Positions 40,563 to 40,810 of a stretch of DNA of 40,810 nucleotides are shown here, piece by piece. Each line of letters opens with the position of its first letter. Position 1 is the stretch's first letter. The translations under genes were made by a program, and so were the position numbers. Source of the stretch: Candidatus Micrarchaeia archaeon (GTDB lineage Archaea; Micrarchaeota; Micrarchaeia; Anstonellales; Anstonellaceae). The stretch covers positions 41,111 to 81,920 of the forward strand of contig JBAZTI010000001.1 in NCBI GenBank assembly GCA_041662045.1, given 5' to 3'. Under the pieces are notes generated by a model. The model searched no databases. It saw nothing but the letters and a program-made list of their open reading frames with translations, and was not told the DNA's origin.

Positions 40563-40810
40563 CTACCTTCCGGCAATGATTTTCACGATGTCCCCGTTTT
40601 CAAGCGCGTGGCCCGCCCCAACCCTCAAGTGGCGCCTGCAGTCCACGGCCCCTATGAACTTATGCGCAAGGTCGGTGTGCACCATAGCGGCAAGCTGCAA
40701 TGCGGTGGTGCCTTTTGGCACGAGATATGCGTCCGGAAGCACCTCGCCCTTGTTGTTCGAGTACTTGTGCTCGTCTTCCACTGGGTAACTATGATGCAAT
40801 CCATGTGCTG
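40563..40810 (-). CDS. C-terminal (TGS-like) fragment of a GTP-binding protein, running off the window end
   Basis: ...AYLVPKGTTALQLAAMVHTDLAHKFIGAVDCR...ALENGDIVKIIAGR resembles the TGS-type tail of Obg/YchF-like GTPases. The ORF is open to the window edge. Confidence 0.55.
   Translation of the reverse strand, partial: AHGLHHSYPVEDEHKYSNNKGEVLPDAYLVPKGTTALQLAAMVHTDLAHKFIGAVDCRRHLRVGAGHALENGDIVKIIAGR

Noticed and set aside
1-40810. CRISPR arrays, rRNA genes, IS elements, transposases, integrases
   Set aside because: I saw no regularly spaced direct repeats and no DDE, tyrosine or serine recombinase motifs on either strand. This was a visual scan only.

Overview
This is a high-GC archaeal chromosome segment. 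Hand counts on sampled 60-nt lines give about 60-70% GC in core genes. Archaeal identity rests on GatD/GatE, GGGP synthase, TFE, aTrm56, split GMP synthase (guaAB/guaAA), an initiator tRNA with an A1:U72 pair, and two intron-containing tRNAs with bulge-helix-bulge (BHB)-type splice motifs. The lineage is not determinable from the window. The many prepilin-like and lipobox proteins would fit an uncultivated or DPANN-like archaeon, but that is inference only.

Core content, in order:
- M42 peptidase fragment
- four prepilin-like genes plus a surface protein
- guaAB/guaAA
- a complete HydC-HydB-HydA [FeFe]-hydrogenase operon
- DUF424 protein
- tRNA-Val with a D-loop intron
- epimerase, GGGP synthase and YrdC-like operon
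- tmk
- gatD, gatE and prs, followed on the same strand by a HerA-like ATPase, a coiled-coil protein and a low-GC orphan
- DRG GTPase
- AlkD-like repair protein
- H+-PPase
- Fcf1-like PIN protein
- aTrm56
- TFE
- initiator tRNA-Met
- PRC-barrel protein
- GGPP synthase
- tRNA-Lys with a canonical intron
- a Cys-rich envelope glycoprotein candidate
- a TGS-domain GTPase fragment

The most unusual part is an accessory island of about 8-10 kb (roughly 23.5/25.1-33.3 kb) with lower GC. It holds a Zot-like membrane ATPase and two HTH-like paralogs that share a 125-nt identical core. It also has two copies of a 57-nt promoter/operator element whose internal palindrome carries a compensatory substitution. 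Each copy heads a tight operon of small membrane proteins, BofA-like proteins and Cys-rich lipobox proteins. I saw no CRISPR array, rRNA, integrase or transposase. Most long ORFs antisense to recognised genes are high-GC shadow ORFs.
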